In this document: positions 49,157 to 50,689 of the stretch, one piece after another
Numbering within the stretch: position 1 is the stretch's first letter
Layout: the number at the start of each line of letters is the position of its first letter
DNA from: Candidatus Methylomirabilota bacterium
Lineage (GTDB): Bacteria > Methylomirabilota > Methylomirabilia > Rokubacteriales > CSP1-6
Reading direction: 5' to 3'
Assembly: GCA_035649755.1 (NCBI GenBank)
Contig: DASRIY010000060.1
Span: 1 to 50,689 of the forward strand
DNA: 50,689 nucleotides
Program-made: the position numbers and the translations under genes
The notes under the pieces: model-generated
Told to the model about the DNA's origin: nothing
What the model saw: only the letters and a program-made list of their open reading frames with translations
The model's database searches: none

Positions 49157-50689
49157 ATGAGCGAGCCGACGTCCCAGATTTCCGACCGGTACGATCCGGC
49201 CGCCGTCGAAGAGCGCTGGTATCCACTGTGGGAGGAGCGGGGCTACTTCCGCGCGGATCCCGCCGCCAGGGGCAAGTCGTACTCGATCTCGATGCCGCCG
49301 CCCAACGTCACCGGGTCGCTTCACTGGGGTCACGCGCTCACCATGACCCTGCAGGACACCCTGACGCGCATGAAGCGCATGGACGGCTTCAACGCGCTCT
49401 GGCTCCCCGGAACCGACCACGCCTCGATCGCGGTGCACGTGATCCTCGAGCGCATGCTGGCCGCCGAGGGCAAGACGAAGGAAGACCTCGGCCGCGACGG
49501 GTTCCTCGCGCGCGCCTGGCAGTGGAAGGCAGAGTCCGGGGGCCAGATCGTCCGGCAGCTCCGACGGCTCGGCGCCTCGTGCGACTGGTCGCGCGAGCGC
49601 TTCACGATGGACCCGGGGCTCTCGCGCGCGGTCCGCGAGTCGTTCGTGCGGCTCTGGGAAGAGGGGCTGATCTACCGCGACGATCGCATCGTCAACTGGT
49701 GCCCGAAGTGCCAGACCGTGCTCTCGGACATCGAGGTCGAGCGCGAGGAGCGCGACGACGACTTCGTCTACATCAAGTACGGGCCAGTCACGCTCGGCAC
49801 CGTGCGGCCGGAGACGAAGCTCGGCGACACCGGCCTGGCCGTGCATCCCAAGGACAAGCGCTACCGCCACCTCGTGGGCAAGACGCTCGAGGTTCCGTCG
49901 GTGGACGGCACGATCACGGTGAGGGTGGTCGCCGACGAGGCCGTCGATCCCAAGTTCGGCACGGGCGTCATCAAGGTCACGCCCGGCCACGATCCGGTCG
50001 ACTTCGAGATCGGCCGACGGCACAACCTGCCGATCCGGACCGTCATCGGGTTCGACGGCAAGATGACCGCCGAGGCCGGGCGCTATGCCGGGCTCGACCG
50101 GTTCGAATGCCGCAAGCGGATCGTCGAGGACATGAAGGCGCTCGGACTGATCGAGAAGATCGAGCCCTACCGCCACGCGGTCGGCATCTGCTACCGCAGC
50201 AAGACGATCGTCGAGCCGCTGGTGTCCAAGCAGTGGTGGGTGAACGTGAAGCCGCTGGCCGAGGCCGCGATCAAGGCCGTCCGCGAGCGGCGGATCACGA
50301 TCTTCCCGCGCAACTGGACGAAGACCTACTACCACTGGATGGAGAGCATCCACCCCTGGTGCATCTCGCGGCAGCTCTGGTGGGGTCATCGCATTCCGGC
50401 CTGGCACTGCGACGCCGACGGCTCCGTGCACGTCTCGAAGGAAGATCTCCACGAATGTCCGAAGTGCAGGGGACCGCTGCGCCAGGATCCGGACACGCTC
50501 GACACGTGGTTCTCGTCCGGTCTCTGGCCGTTCTCGACCCTCGGCTGGCCGGACGACACGGTCGACCTCCGGACGTACTACCCGACCTCCGTGCTCGTCA
50601 CGGGACCGGACATCCTCTTCTTCTGGGTCGCGCGCATGGCGATGCTCGGGATCCACTTCATGAAGGACGTCCCGTTCCGCGACGTGTAC
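49157..50689 (+). CDS. valS: Valyl-tRNA synthetase (5' part, runs off the window)
   Basis: My own translation from ATG 49157 gives MSEPTSQISDRYDPAAVEERWYPLWEERGYF...PPPNVTGSLHWGHAL. The frame is open to the window end. It is absent from the ORF track because no stop is reached. Confidence 0.93.
   Translation, partial: MSEPTSQISDRYDPAAVEERWYPLWEERGYFRADPAARGKSYSISMPPPNVTGSLHWGHALTMTLQDTLTRMKRMDGFNALWLPGTDHASIAVHVILERMLAAEGKTKEDLGRDGFLARAWQWKAESGGQIVRQLRRLGASCDWSRERFTMDPGLSRAVRESFVRLWEEGLIYRDDRIVNWCPKCQTVLSDIEVEREERDDDFVYIKYGPVTLGTVRPETKLGDTGLAVHPKDKRYRHLVGKTLEVPSVDGTITVRVVADEAVDPKFGTGVIKVTPGHDPVDFEIGRRHNLPIRTVIGFDGKMTAEAGRYAGLDRFECRKRIVEDMKALGLIEKIEPYRHAVGICYRSKTIVEPLVSKQWWVNVKPLAEAAIKAVRERRITIFPRNWTKTYYHWMESIHPWCISRQLWWGHRIPAWHCDADGSVHVSKEDLHECPKCRGPLRQDPDTLDTWFSSGLWPFSTLGWPDDTVDLRTYYPTSVLVTGPDILFFWVARMAMLGIHFMKDVPFRDVY

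Overview
Gene-dense, very GC-rich chromosomal segment (third codon positions almost all G/C; GC not computed) from a diderm, LPS-making bacterium. Lineage cannot be assigned from sequence alone; a soil high-GC group such as Rokubacteria/NC10 or a deltaproteobacterium is only a guess. I support about 40 CDS, nearly all housekeeping. In order: TolC-like OMP; class II ribonucleotide reductase; a permease; cytochrome c; Ppx/GppA; HNH endonuclease-uvrB-uvrC; leuS-lptE-holA plus a ceramidase-like gene; rpsT; murJ; xerD; a CBS-CCA nucleotidyltransferase; pyrG-kdsA-kdsD; lptC-lptA-lptB-rpoN-rapZ; GH57 plus PGI/PMI; metK; ahcY; UPF0182; a 2-hydroxyacid dehydrogenase; a minus-strand block (MsbA-like ABC exporter, ICL/PEP-mutase-family enzyme, Rieske oxygenase, HicB-like protein) divergent from an AsnB-like amidotransferase; lptF-lptG; a secreted hypothetical; valS (partial). 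Many neighbouring genes overlap by GTGA/ATGA (translational coupling). I found no rRNA, tRNA, CRISPR array, transposase, prophage or recognisable defence system, and no convincing novel multi-gene system, so most of the window is ordinary core genome. Items worth a second look: (1) lptF and lptG form one uninterrupted reading frame; (2) overlapping sigma-54-like and sigma-70-like promoters precede lptCAB-rpoN; (3) three phased 11-bp direct repeats lie between the divergent tolC-like and nrdJ promoters; (4) TGTTA-type extended -10 boxes recur very close to start codons lacking an SD (leaderless mRNAs); (5) a perfect 13-bp G7/C7 hairpin sits in a low-GC3 patch inside leuS; (6) the envelope-linked Rieske/PEP-mutase-like/MsbA-like/AsnB-like cluster carries an orphan HicB-like gene. 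The long antisense and alternate-frame ORFs in the track are high-GC artefacts.
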